Of a DNA stretch of 64,000 nt, positions 12,242 through 21,814 are shown piece by piece. Below the pieces are notes generated by a model, which saw only the letters and a list, made by a program, of their open reading frames with translations, was not told where the DNA came from and did not search any database. The position numbers and the translations under genes were made by a program. The DNA comes from Bacteroidales bacterium (lineage in GTDB: Bacteria > Bacteroidota > Bacteroidia > Bacteroidales > VadinHA17). Location: assembly GCA_003142255.1 (NCBI GenBank), contig PLLO01000019.1, positions 16,971 to 80,970 of the forward strand. Reading direction: 5' to 3'. The first letter of the stretch is position 1, and every line of letters starts with the position of its first letter.

Positions 12242-13522
12242 TTACTCAAAATCAATATAAGCATATTTAAAACACATTAGAATTGATTTATATTGATTTA
12301 CAAAATCCTTACCAATGCTTTCATATAAATCGGGGTTTAAAATATTTTTTCTAAGGGCAATATAAGTATTATTTAAAACAAAACTTTTTGATCCGCAATC
12401 CAACTTAATTTCGGGCAGTAATTTAGCCTTTTCAGTAATAGTGCCTCCCACACTTGAATATGAAAAAACAGTATCTCTCAGTGCTTTGAAATTCATCGAA
12501 TCCACCTCGTACATGTTTTTATAAAAGCTTGTTTTTGAATTCCCTGTATCGAAGAAAAACGGAAGCTTTTTATTTTTATAAGCAACATCTATAATATAAT
12601 CATCACCTTTAATAAATAAGTTAGGAGTATTGGTTTTAGCACCTGGATTTTTAGGAATGTATATAAGCGAATCGGTAAAGCGAATGGATTCGAAGCGCAT
12701 AATTATAGGAAAACCAATAACCCCATTGATTTTATATCTGCCATTGGCAAAGGTCAGCAGACTATCGGCAAAAACAATGAATTCTGCATTTTTAAACTCA
12801 ATATTTTCGATGGATCCTTGATCGGCAATAGCTATTTTAGAAGCATTACGCGTACCTGTTGCGCCCATTACGTAAACAATTGCGTTGGGCAGTATCCTGA
12901 GATTTAATTTTTTTGCAGTTGATTCGCTTACTACATTTACATTAGCACCTGTGTCGAAAACCATATTAACAATAGAGTCGTTTTGACATTTAACGCGAAG
13001 CAAATTATAGCCTGCCAAATCTTTTATAACTTTAATTTCAGTATCTGTATTCTTAATAACCTTAGTAGGTAATTCACTCTCTAAAAACCCATATGCGACA
13101 TTATCATCTTTCAATTCGATAAAATCGCTCGAATCAATGAACCGTTTATAATTTTCAATTAAATTCTTACTTAATTCTTTCAATTTTATATAATTAAGTA
13201 GTTTTAGGTTATTGTAATATTCAGTTTGAACTAAATTATAATTTACAGTATCACTGAATTTGCAAAATTGTTCACGAAATTTTTGAATTAAAGCGTTCGA
13301 TTTCTCAGGTTGGTTTAAGACCGACTTCAGAATAAGATCGTAATAAATCAAGGTTTTATCATTATAAGTATTCCTGTTGGCAGACAGCTCGGTATATAGT
13401 TCGCTGAATTTCTTACTATCAACCAAATCATTCAGTTTTTTAATTGGCTGAAATATTTTTGTACATGCCATTTCAGTACAACATGCAATGAAAACGAGGC
13501 ACATTTTAAATAATCTTTCCAT
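12242..13522 (-). CDS. Retropepsin-like aspartyl protease family protein, two DTG lobes, N-terminal helical region
   Basis: 426 aa. MVFDTGANVNVV and FFFDTGNSKTSF are two Asp-Thr-Gly active-site motifs about 135 aa apart. The N-terminus is hydrophobic. The gene is markedly AT-rich by eye compared with its neighbours. Confidence 0.65.
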   Translation of the reverse strand: MERLFKMCLVFIACCTEMACTKIFQPIKKLNDLVDSKKFSELYTELSANRNTYNDKTLIYYDLILKSVLNQPEKSNALIQKFREQFCKFSDTVNYNLVQTEYYNNLKLLNYIKLKELSKNLIENYKRFIDSSDFIELKDDNVAYGFLESELPTKVIKNTDTEIKVIKDLAGYNLLRVKCQNDSIVNMVFDTGANVNVVSESTAKKLNLRILPNAIVYVMGATGTRNASKIAIADQGSIENIEFKNAEFIVFADSLLTFANGRYKINGVIGFPIIMRFESIRFTDSLIYIPKNPGAKTNTPNLFIKGDDYIIDVAYKNKKLPFFFDTGNSKTSFYKNMYEVDSMNFKALRDTVFSYSSVGGTITEKAKLLPEIKLDCGSKSFVLNNTYIALRKNILNPDLYESIGKDFVNQYKSILMCFKYAYIDFE

Positions 13523-13678
13523 AGTTCATAATTAATAGTTGAAGAACTTTAGTCATTTATTAAATAGTTCATACTCGATCCTCTGGTTCTTTTATTATGC
13601 TGATTTTTTCATTTCTAAAAGATCCAAATTTAAACTATTACCGCCAAATTTGGTTAGCGTAATTATTGTTAATTGTAA

Positions 13679-13748
13679 ATTCCGGTGATATTGAGTACCC
13701 TATTCCTGATTAAAGTGAACAATCAATTCCGGACTAAAGTGAGCAGCG
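13679..13748. repeat. Three tandem ~24-nt imperfect repeats (ATTCCGGTGATATTGAGTACCCT / ATTCCTGATTAAAGTGAACAATCA / ATTCCGGACTAAAGTGAGCAGCG)
   Basis: Read directly. On the minus strand it forms a short dead ORF, MYKIAAHFSPELIVHFNQE*, starting at about 13759. Confidence 0.8.
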
Positions 13749-13863
13749 ATTTTGTACATAAAAAACAAAGAACGTTACCAGGCTTTTTTGATTAATTCAA
13801 ATTTACATATTTTTGGTTTATAACCTGATTAGAGACAAAATCAGCCGGTTGCAACTTTTATCT

Positions 13864-13912
13864 GTTCGGGGTACCATGCTAGAAAAGAGGATATTTTGAC
13901 CTCTTTCTTTTT
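13864..13912 (+). repeat. Degenerate second copy of the tRNA-3'-end + terminator module seen at 3738-3791
   Basis: TTCGGGGTACCA, then an 8-nt spacer, then AAGAGGATATTTTGACCTCTT and a T-run. The blocks GGGTACCA, AAGAGG and TTGACCTCTT appear in the same order and with the same 8-nt spacer as copy 1. Confidence 0.5.
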
Positions 13913-14092
13913 AATAATAATTACTGAACCAAAAATCGTTATTCTGTTCTTAAATCATTTTGATTATTGAGTTAACACTCAAATTCATATTTAATTAGAA
14001 TTATCAGTTTCTATATGTAAATTTGAGATTTGATTTATCTGACCCCAGATGAGCTTTTAGTCTAAAATAGATTTATAGAGTTATACTACGAA

Positions 14093-15352
14093 ATGAAAAA
14101 GGCAGGACTTTTTAAAATACGAATACTTCTATTCTGCCTGGCTGTTTTATTGGCAGGCTTAATAATGGTTGCCTGTAACGACAGAGGCGATGAGCCAGAA
14201 CCGGCTGATCCGTATCCAGTCCAGATTGATCCTTCGGTCGTATATCAGATAATAAGAGGTTTTGGAGGTGCAACTGTTTTTACTCCTGCGGGTGGATTGC
14301 CCAATCAAAGTGAGATGAATGACCTGTTTGGCCATGGTGACGGACAGGTAGGACTATCTATCCTGCGCATTCGCGTAGCCTCTGATGATGATGCAACATG
14401 GAGGGCTACTGAACTCAACCATGCTCTGCTGGCTAAAGCAAATGGGGCTATTGTAATCGCTTCTCCATGGAGTCCTCCTGTCAGAATGAAAACCAATGGC
14501 AGCCTGATAGATGGTACTATTAAGGCTGATTCGTATCAGGATTATGCCAATTATCTGAATGATTTTGCCCGTTATATGGCAGATAACGGCGCCGGGCTCT
14601 ATGCAATTTCAGTCCAGAACGAACCGGACATTGCAGTTACTTACGAATCTTGCAGCTGGACATCGGCTCAGATGCGTGATTTTCTGAAAGGGTACGGACA
14701 ACTTATAACCAACGCCAAGGTAATTGTCCCCGAATCATTCAACTTCAGCCAGACCTTTACCAATGTGATTCTTGATGATAACGATGCTGCTGCAAATGTT
14801 GATATTGTCGGAGGGCATATTTACGGCGGCGGACTCGAGGATTACCCGAAAGCCCGCGAAAAGGGCAAGGAATTATGGATGACCGAGCACCTTGATACGG
14901 ACATCACATATGAAAAGGTGCTCGCGACCGGCAAGGAGATACATGATTGTATGACCGTTGGCCAGTATAATGCCTATTTATGGTGGTATCTAAAAAGGTT
15001 CTATGGCCCGATGGGCGAAGATGGTGTTGTGACCAAAAGGGGTTGGATAATGGCCAACTATTCAAAATTTGTCCAACCAGGATATTCCCGGATCTACGCT
15101 ACGGTGAATCCAAAACCAGATATTTATATCAGCGCCTATAATGGCAATAAGTTAATTATAGTAGCGCTGAATATGTCTGTTGCGGATCGGCAGCAAACGT
15201 TTAATTTTAAGAATATAACTGCCCAGGGGTATATTCCTTATACGACCTCCGAAACACTTAATTTAAGTCAGGGTACTTCCGGAACCATTACAGGAGACAG
15301 TTTCAAATATACCCTGCCGGCAAAAAGTGTTACTACTTTTGTGGTGGAGTAA
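14093..15352 (+). CDS. GH30 subfamily 8-type glucuronoxylanase (XynC-like), lipoprotein
   Basis: 419 aa, collinear from memory with B. subtilis XynC: IRGFGG, GLSILRIR, ASPWSPP, LYAISVQNEPD, ELWMTE, YLWWYLKRFYGP, KSVTTFVV. The lipobox is LIMVAC, followed by an acidic stretch. Confidence 0.85.
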   Translation: MKKAGLFKIRILLFCLAVLLAGLIMVACNDRGDEPEPADPYPVQIDPSVVYQIIRGFGGATVFTPAGGLPNQSEMNDLFGHGDGQVGLSILRIRVASDDDATWRATELNHALLAKANGAIVIASPWSPPVRMKTNGSLIDGTIKADSYQDYANYLNDFARYMADNGAGLYAISVQNEPDIAVTYESCSWTSAQMRDFLKGYGQLITNAKVIVPESFNFSQTFTNVILDDNDAAANVDIVGGHIYGGGLEDYPKAREKGKELWMTEHLDTDITYEKVLATGKEIHDCMTVGQYNAYLWWYLKRFYGPMGEDGVVTKRGWIMANYSKFVQPGYSRIYATVNPKPDIYISAYNGNKLIIVALNMSVADRQQTFNFKNITAQGYIPYTTSETLNLSQGTSGTITGDSFKYTLPAKSVTTFVVE

Positions 15353-15375
15353 TATTTTTGACTAGCTCACGACAG

Positions 15376-15411
15376 GAGAGTGCATGAGAGTTATCCCGCT
15401 CTTACACTCTC
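15376..15411 (+). terminator. Possible terminator/stabiliser hairpin after the GH30_8 gene (no clear T-run)
   Basis: GAGAGTG...CACTCTC forms a 7-bp outer stem with further imperfect inner pairing (GAGAG/CTCTT). Confidence 0.35.
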
Positions 15412-15555
15412 GCACTTTATGTCAGTGCCGGCTTACCTGTAATCAGGTCCAAAATATTTGTAATTTTAGACAACAGAATTAAGATAGTTTAATATTATTT
15501 TCCATCATCAAATCGTTAAATTTTTTCACATTTCAATCAAATAAAAAATAGCAAA

Positions 15556-17532
15556 ATGAAGAAGCCAATTATGCGACATTTTATAATTATACTGATTATC
15601 TTATTGTTACCTGTAAATGTTCTGGCGAATGTCAAGCTTCCTGCACTTGTAAGCGATGGCATGATCCTGCAGAGAGATACTAAAATTATAATCTGGGGAT
15701 GGGCATCTCCCGGAGAGAAGGTGCAGGTAAAATTCGATAAAAGAATATTCAGGACAGTGACCGATTCTGAAGGAAGCTGGAAAGTCAGTTTACCACCCAT
15801 GGAAGCTGGCGGACCATATATAATGGAGGTGAAAGGGAACAATACGATCATTTTAAATGACATTTTATTTGGTGATGTCTGGTTCTGTTCGGGCCAGTCT
15901 AATATGGTTCTGAATATGGAAAGGGTAAAGGAAAAATATCCCGATGATATAGCTGCCGCAAATTTCCCGGAAATAAGGAATTTCTTCATACCTACTGCAT
16001 CAGATATTATTGCTGTCCACAAGGATCTGCCTGGTGGGAAATGGATCTCAGCATCTCCCGAGAACGTTCTGGGCTTCGGCGCTGCCACATTTTTCTTTGC
16101 CCGCAGTATTTACCGGGAATATAAGGTGCCCATTGGGATCATAAATTCAAGTGTCGGTGGCACTCCGATTGAAGCATGGACGAGTGAGGAAGGACTTAAA
16201 GAGTTTCCTCAGCTAATATCAAGGATTGAGAAGCTAAAGGATACGGCTTATCTGAATCCGATAATAAGGTCTGCAGGAAGGAGACCTGAAATAAGTCAGG
16301 AACCCGCAGTCAGTACAAAGTCAATGGATAAGGGCATTAGTGGCCCTATTCCATGGTACAACTCAACATATGTTCCTGAAGACTGGCATAAATACTGGCT
16401 TCCCGGATATTGGGAAGACCAGGGGATTAAAGGTCTGCATGGGATTGTCTGGTTCAGAAAAGAGATCAATGTGCCTGAATCAATGACCGGCAAACCCGCA
16501 AAATTATTTCTTGGAAGAATAGTAGATGCAGATAATGTATATGTGAATGGAGTGCTTTCAGGATCAATAACATATCAGTATCCTCCAAGGAGATATAATC
16601 TGCCATCCGGATTATTAAAGCCCGGGAAAAATATTATTGTGATCCGGGTGACAAACAATGCAGGCAAAGGAGGATTTGTACCCGATAAACCTTATTGGTT
16701 AGTTGCAGGCAACGACAGCATTGACCTGAGAGGAGAATGGTATTATAAGGTCGGCCAAGTATTCAGACCTGTTATTTATGGACCCGGAAGCGGCTCTCCA
16801 ATTATCTCAATGCAGAATGAACCCACAGGACTCTATAATACAATGGTTGCTCCTTTAATAAACTACCGGATCAAAGGCATTTTATGGTATCAGGGTGAAA
16901 CAAATGCAAACAAGCCCCAGGAATATCAAAAATTACTTCCAGCTCTTATAAATGACTGGAGGATAAAATGGCAAGAGGGACCTGTTCCATTTCTTTTCGT
17001 CCAATTGCCGAATTTCATGGAAGTTCAGTATTTGCCTTCTGAAAGTCAATGGGCTGAATTAAGATTCGGACAATTAAAATCATTGTCTGTCATAAATACA
17101 GCGATGGCAGTAACAATTGATGCTGGCGAATGGAACGATATACATCCTCTTGAAAAGAAAGCTGTCGGGGAAAGACTTGCCCTGGCTGCCAGAAAACTGG
17201 CTTTTGGAAATGACAAGATTGTTTACTCTGGCCCTATTTACAGATCCGCAGTCCGTGACAGCGACAGAATAATAATTGAATTTGACCACGTTGGTAATGG
17301 GCTGGTAGTAAAAGGAGGTGGTGAATTAAATCAATTTGCAATTGCCGGAGCAGACAGAAAGTTTGTCTGGTCTGAAGCAAGAATTGAAAACAACCATGTT
17401 ATTGTGCGGAGTGATGAGATTAAAAGCCCTGTTTTTGTGAGATATGCCTGGGCTGATAATCCTGAAGGTGCTAATCTTTATAATAAGGAAGGGCTTCCAG
17501 CTTCTCCTTTTGAAGCGACAATCATGAAATAA
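15556..17532 (+). CDS. Sialate O-acetylesterase-like SGNH carbohydrate esterase (probable acetyl-xylan esterase role)
   Basis: 658 aa with a signal peptide. The motifs WFCSGQSNM and ILWYQGETN are typical of this family, and the gene sits in a xylan context. Confidence 0.8.
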   Translation: MKKPIMRHFIIILIILLLPVNVLANVKLPALVSDGMILQRDTKIIIWGWASPGEKVQVKFDKRIFRTVTDSEGSWKVSLPPMEAGGPYIMEVKGNNTIILNDILFGDVWFCSGQSNMVLNMERVKEKYPDDIAAANFPEIRNFFIPTASDIIAVHKDLPGGKWISASPENVLGFGAATFFFARSIYREYKVPIGIINSSVGGTPIEAWTSEEGLKEFPQLISRIEKLKDTAYLNPIIRSAGRRPEISQEPAVSTKSMDKGISGPIPWYNSTYVPEDWHKYWLPGYWEDQGIKGLHGIVWFRKEINVPESMTGKPAKLFLGRIVDADNVYVNGVLSGSITYQYPPRRYNLPSGLLKPGKNIIVIRVTNNAGKGGFVPDKPYWLVAGNDSIDLRGEWYYKVGQVFRPVIYGPGSGSPIISMQNEPTGLYNTMVAPLINYRIKGILWYQGETNANKPQEYQKLLPALINDWRIKWQEGPVPFLFVQLPNFMEVQYLPSESQWAELRFGQLKSLSVINTAMAVTIDAGEWNDIHPLEKKAVGERLALAARKLAFGNDKIVYSGPIYRSAVRDSDRIIIEFDHVGNGLVVKGGGELNQFAIAGADRKFVWSEARIENNHVIVRSDEIKSPVFVRYAWADNPEGANLYNKEGLPASPFEATIMK

Positions 17533-17619
17533 TTCTTTACACGCAGAAATATTTGTCAATTTGTAAACTGAGCCGATTGTAACTTTAAATCAATAAGGGT
17601 AATAAAAACAGAAAGAGCA

Positions 17620-17645
17620 AGAGCGAGCACTCTCGCTCTGTTTCT
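17620..17645 (+). terminator. Putative terminator hairpin
   Basis: AGAGCGAG-CACT-CTCGCTCT forms an 8-bp perfect stem followed by GTTTCT. Confidence 0.45.
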
Positions 17646-17727
17646 ATCACTCCCCCATCTTTAAAATGGCTTGTTGTAAGAATGCCAATTAATCTTACTT
17701 TTAAAACGAGAATCTGAAGAGCATCAG

Positions 17728-18636
17728 ATGAAAATTAATCAGATTATAGAAAAGTACTTCTGGATTTTCCTCATAGCAGGGATCTTATTGGGATTATGGC
17801 AACCTATAGCGTTTTCAGCCCCGAAGTACCTGCCTAAAATTTTGCTGGGCATGATGCTGTTCTTTGTCTTTCTGAAAATTGATGCACTTGAGGTAATTGA
17901 AAATCTGAAGGATTACAAACTGATGATCTTTATTGCCCTGGCATATATGATCATAATACCGGTTTTTTTCTTTTTGCTGACCGATATTTTTGACAGACAA
18001 CTGGCGCTGGGCCTACTTCTTTTAACCGCAATGCCGGCCGGAGTTTCAACTCCTGCCCTCACTGACATCCTTAAAGGTAACATCTCGCTTGCAATGAGCA
18101 TTGCCCTTGTTACCCAGGTTATTGCCCCTTTCACAGTTCCATTTTTGTTCTGGATAATCGGAACCAAAGTTCTTGAAATAAATAAATTTCTGTTATTCAA
18201 AGATATCGCAATTATGGTATTTATACCACTGATAGTAGCACAGTTTATCAAGAATTACTTCCCGGCGGCTATAAAAAAAAGTCAGCATCTGTTCACGTCC
18301 GCAAATGTCTTGCTTCTCTTCATATTTGTCTATGTTGCCATTTCTTCACAGAGGAATGTAATACTCGATAATCCGGTTAAGCTTATTTGGAGAACCGCAG
18401 TACTCTACCTGGTCTTCATTATACTGCATGCTGTCGGATACCTGATGGGTTACAGGGAGAGCAAAGAGAATAAAATTGCCATGTCGGTTACTGCTGCCTA
18501 CATGAACAATGGACTTGCAATAGTTCTGGCATCAACCTATTTTGGAGCCGATATACTCGTACTGATGGTTCTCTCAGAGCTTCCATGGAATACACTCCTT
18601 GCCCCATTCAAAAAAGTTATAAGTCACCTGAAATAG
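17728..18636 (+). CDS. Bile acid:sodium symporter (BASS/SBF-like) family membrane transporter
   Basis: 302 aa with about 9-10 TM segments. LTAMPAGVSTPALTDILKGNISLAMSIALVTQVIAPFTVPF resembles the BASS core motif. Confidence 0.6.
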   Translation: MKINQIIEKYFWIFLIAGILLGLWQPIAFSAPKYLPKILLGMMLFFVFLKIDALEVIENLKDYKLMIFIALAYMIIIPVFFFLLTDIFDRQLALGLLLLTAMPAGVSTPALTDILKGNISLAMSIALVTQVIAPFTVPFLFWIIGTKVLEINKFLLFKDIAIMVFIPLIVAQFIKNYFPAAIKKSQHLFTSANVLLLFIFVYVAISSQRNVILDNPVKLIWRTAVLYLVFIILHAVGYLMGYRESKENKIAMSVTAAYMNNGLAIVLASTYFGADILVLMVLSELPWNTLLAPFKKVISHLK

Positions 18637-18709
18637 TATTCCGGGATCAGGCATTTAATACTTCATAAGAAAAGATTTCAGGTTTTACAGTGCCGTTTTC
18701 GCAGCCGGA

Positions 18710-19678
18710 TCAGATAACATTTTGAGAACCTACAATTACATTTAACGCTTGGGGTACAATTTTAACATTTACCGGGGCTATGCCTAATACCTCGCCATCA
18801 ACCTGAATCTGCATTTTATGATCAGAGTATATAGATGCTTCTTTTGTTTGATAATATTCTTTTCTTAAATATTTGTTTAATTTACCAATTGTAAATGAGA
18901 AGATTAACACAATTATATCCCAGGGATTTTTTCTATTTATTATCACCAAATCCAGAAGACCGTCTCTTATGTTTGCTTTATCAGCTATTTCATATTCCCC
19001 GGCATAGTATTTAATGTTTGCCATGATTACAAAATATCCTGTTGATTCTATTTTGTGTTTGACATAAATCTTATTCCATTTATATCTGGAAAGAAGTTTA
19101 ATTATCCCAAATGGATATGCAAATCTCCCCCATCTTTTTTTAAATTTCGGAGTCATATCTTTTATAACCTGAGCAAAAGGACCCACACCCAACATCATTG
19201 AAAAATATCTGGACTCCTTAGCTGTTTTTGCGTAACCTAAATCCATTTTTATCTTTTTGCCTTTTGTAATTAATTCTGCCGCTTCTTTTGGATTATTAGG
19301 TATACCCAGCTCTAAAGCTAAAACATTCGTAGTGCCAAAAGGAATGATTACCAGGGTAGCTTTTGAATTAGCCATACCATTAATTACTTCATTTATTGTT
19401 CCATCTCCACCTGCTGCAATAATTAAATCGTAATTATCTCTTGCATCTTCTGCTAATTTTATTGCATGTTTTGGATATTTTGTGAATCCTATATCTAATT
19501 TTATCTTTGATTTATCACACTTCTTTCTTACTTCTTCAATAACGTCATCTTCTGTTATTTTAGGCTTGACTAATCCAGCTAATCTTTTTCCTAATTTTTC
19601 TAAGGTCCATCTTAGTATAGGGGGCATTTTTCTTTTCATTTTCCCGGAAGAGGGATTTATTATTAGTAAGGCTTTCAT
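18710..19678 (-). CDS. Diacylglycerol/lipid kinase family protein (YegS/BmrU-like)
   Basis: 322 aa. IIAAGGDGTINEV is the DAGK catalytic-domain glycine-rich motif. Confidence 0.8.
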   Translation of the reverse strand: MKALLIINPSSGKMKRKMPPILRWTLEKLGKRLAGLVKPKITEDDVIEEVRKKCDKSKIKLDIGFTKYPKHAIKLAEDARDNYDLIIAAGGDGTINEVINGMANSKATLVIIPFGTTNVLALELGIPNNPKEAAELITKGKKIKMDLGYAKTAKESRYFSMMLGVGPFAQVIKDMTPKFKKRWGRFAYPFGIIKLLSRYKWNKIYVKHKIESTGYFVIMANIKYYAGEYEIADKANIRDGLLDLVIINRKNPWDIIVLIFSFTIGKLNKYLRKEYYQTKEASIYSDHKMQIQVDGEVLGIAPVNVKIVPQALNVIVGSQNVI

Positions 19679-19841
19679 CTGTTAATAAAATGCTTTCATT
19701 TTTAAAGAAATATGTTGCAGTAATTCATACCGCTGGTCAAGACGTCCAGCTTTTGCAGGCTGGCAACCATTGTATTTCAATAAATTCTGAAAAAATTATA
19801 ATTATGTAGTTTGGTCGTAGTTCTATTCTTTTCAGTTGTCG

Positions 19842-20009
19842 TTATTCCTTCCTTGCCTTTGAGTAGGCTATCGCTGCAGCTTGTTTTTGGGCCTTTTTCA
19901 TCGATTTTGGGTGGCTTGTTCCTATTGTTCCATCCTCCTTGTAATTGTGAAGTAACTCCTCTATGTTTGAGCTGATCACTTTCTTTGACTTTCCTTTTTT
20001 TAGTGGCAT
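19842..20009 (-). CDS. Small basic conserved-looking protein (55 aa), below the ORF-track length cutoff
   Basis: Own translation: MPLKKGKSKKVISSNIEELLHNYKEDGTIGTSHPKSMKKAQKQAAAIAYSKARKE*. It resembles, from memory, a widespread small-protein family (MPxKKGKSKK...KQAxAIAxSxAR, DUF6496-like). Confidence 0.5.
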   Translation of the reverse strand: MPLKKGKSKKVISSNIEELLHNYKEDGTIGTSHPKSMKKAQKQAAAIAYSKARKE

Positions 20010-20442
20010 CTTCTTACAGTTTTAATGATCTGAAACCTTTTACCGCAATGGCTCTAACTTTTTTACCAGTACAGTTTATCCCGGATTGTTGTTTTGAATC
20101 ACAATTTTAACTTTATAAAGATAAGACCTTTAGTGTTCTGAATCTTTACACAATTTCTTAACAGATTTATATAATTCACACATTATATTTTGTGGTGGTT
20201 TGTATTCCTATGTAGACGTCCGATGTCTCCTCGTCGAATACTTTCACAAAATTAGTTGGCCAATACCGACTGATCCTTGCTTACCGGGATTCTTAGACTG
20301 TCCAACATGTTTGAAAGCCTTTTGAAAAATGGATACCAGGACATCAGACGATTGTCAGGAATAGAATAATAGGTAAACAAAAACCTTTATTTAATTGTTA
20401 TATAATTTTATAAGCCCAAATTGAACCTCAATAACTAATTGA

Positions 20443-21006
20443 ATGAAACTTTACATTAAAAATATGGGTTGTATCCGGTGCCAGATGATAGTTAAATCCG
20501 AGCTGGAAAAAATTGGATTGCATCACACCAGAATTGAATCAGGTGAGGCGGAAATCATGGAGGAGATTTCAATAAAGCAACAGGATAACCTCAACATTTC
20601 CCTGAAAAAAATCGGACTTGAATTATTGGATGACAAAAAACACATAATGGTTGAAAAGATAAAGACTACTATAATTGAACTGTTACAGAATAATGATGAA
20701 CCAATCAAAACAAACCTTTCCGATTACCTGAGCGAAAAACTCAATCACAGTTATACATACCTTTCTAATCTTTTTTCCGAAGTTAAAGGTACTACCATTG
20801 AGAAGTTTTACCTGTCTAAAAAAATTGAAAGGGTAAAAGAACTACTGGTATATGATGAGCTCAATCTTACCGAAATTGCCTATAAACTTCATTACAGCAG
20901 TGTGGCCCATTTGTCAAACAAGTTTAAGAAATTGACAGGGCTTACACCATCTCGCTTCAAAAATCTTAAGAACAATAAGCTCATTGCTTTGGAAATGTGT
21001 GAATGA
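20443..21006 (+). CDS. AraC-family transcriptional regulator with N-terminal HMA-like (MxCxxC) domain
   Basis: 187 aa. The N-terminus MKLYIKNMGCIRCQMIVKSELEKIG has a ferredoxin-like HMA layout with a CxxC pair. The C-terminus holds the AraC HTH (LTEIAYKLHYSSVAHLSNKFKKLTGLTPSRF). Confidence 0.8.
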   Translation: MKLYIKNMGCIRCQMIVKSELEKIGLHHTRIESGEAEIMEEISIKQQDNLNISLKKIGLELLDDKKHIMVEKIKTTIIELLQNNDEPIKTNLSDYLSEKLNHSYTYLSNLFSEVKGTTIEKFYLSKKIERVKELLVYDELNLTEIAYKLHYSSVAHLSNKFKKLTGLTPSRFKNLKNNKLIALEMCE

Positions 21007-21034
21007 TATAACTTTTTTCAAGAGTTATGTAACA
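20998..21034 (+). repeat. Copy A of a 37-nt imperfect direct repeat (contains palindrome ATAACT-N9-AGTTAT)
   Basis: TGTGAATGATATAACTTTTTTCAAGAGTTATGTAACA. It overlaps the AraC stop codon. Confidence 0.8.
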
Positions 21035-21100
21035 TATATCCGGCAAGAGGTGACGACCTTTACAGTGTAAAAATTCATTTACTTGAGTAATATCAATAAT

Positions 21101-21403
21101 ATGAAGAAAATGATTTTTTTCGTTGCTTTAATGATGCCGCTTATGGCAGGAACAATGTTCACCGGCTATCAGTCATCGACCCAAAAGAAAGGATCTGCCC
21201 AGACTCCGGCTAAAATGGTAGCTGTGAATGCAGCGCAGAAGAGCAAGTTTGAACTGAAAATCAAGGCAAATGAAATCCGGATTAATGAACTAAATGTAAA
21301 AATTAATGAACCCAAAGAAATATTTGATACATTTTACGTGAAAAAGATTGCTAATCTGGAAAAAGAAAACAGATACCTGAAAACAAGGTTGGAAGCTTCT
21401 TAG
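21101..21403 (+). CDS. Hypothetical secreted coiled-coil protein
   Basis: An ORF with signal-like MKKMIFFVALMMPLMAG. The track ORF starts at a TTG (21083). No family recognised. Confidence 0.45.
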   Translation: MKKMIFFVALMMPLMAGTMFTGYQSSTQKKGSAQTPAKMVAVNAAQKSKFELKIKANEIRINELNVKINEPKEIFDTFYVKKIANLEKENRYLKTRLEAS

Positions 21404-21480
21404 AAGAGCCAAAGCAATTGGAAATCATTTAAGCGTGAATTTAATCATGATAAGGATTCGATGGGGAATGGGTTGAACCT

Positions 21481-21723
21481 CTATTTAACCGCATGCGCTA
21501 TTCGTACAATTTCTTTGGTGATATCCTCAGGTAAATGCTGTAGAAGCCGGGTTATATGCGTCGAGCCCCCGGCCGAATCGCCTATACAAACTATAGGAAA
21601 GTCTTTTGCAGTACTTATAGATTTCTTTGATATATACTTTATCAGATAAAAGAGATTATTGCCCTTCACTTTAAAGGCAAGAGTTCTACCTGGAAAACCC
21701 AGTGGAAAGTCAACTCCGGCCAA
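21481..21723 (-). pseudogene. Fragment of an alpha/beta hydrolase (GDSAGG nucleophile-elbow type)
   Basis: The 80-aa ORF contains ...DFPIVCIGDSAGGSTHITRLL... but lacks the N- and C-terminal parts of any hydrolase fold. A stop lies immediately upstream. Confidence 0.35.
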
Positions 21724-21814
21724 AGGATGTCAATGAAACTGATTTGCGAATACCTCTAAAACAGAGGCGAATAAAAAGCAAAAGCATGAAAATGTCTGTC
21801 CTGGTAAGTTCAGG

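Noticed and set aside
13679-13748. CRISPR array (considered for this triple repeat, the 12-nt repeats at 47.8 kb and the modular palindrome at 58.3 kb)
   Set aside because: The repeats are contiguous or only 10-12 nt apart with no unique spacers of CRISPR length. One set is coding. No cas genes are present.
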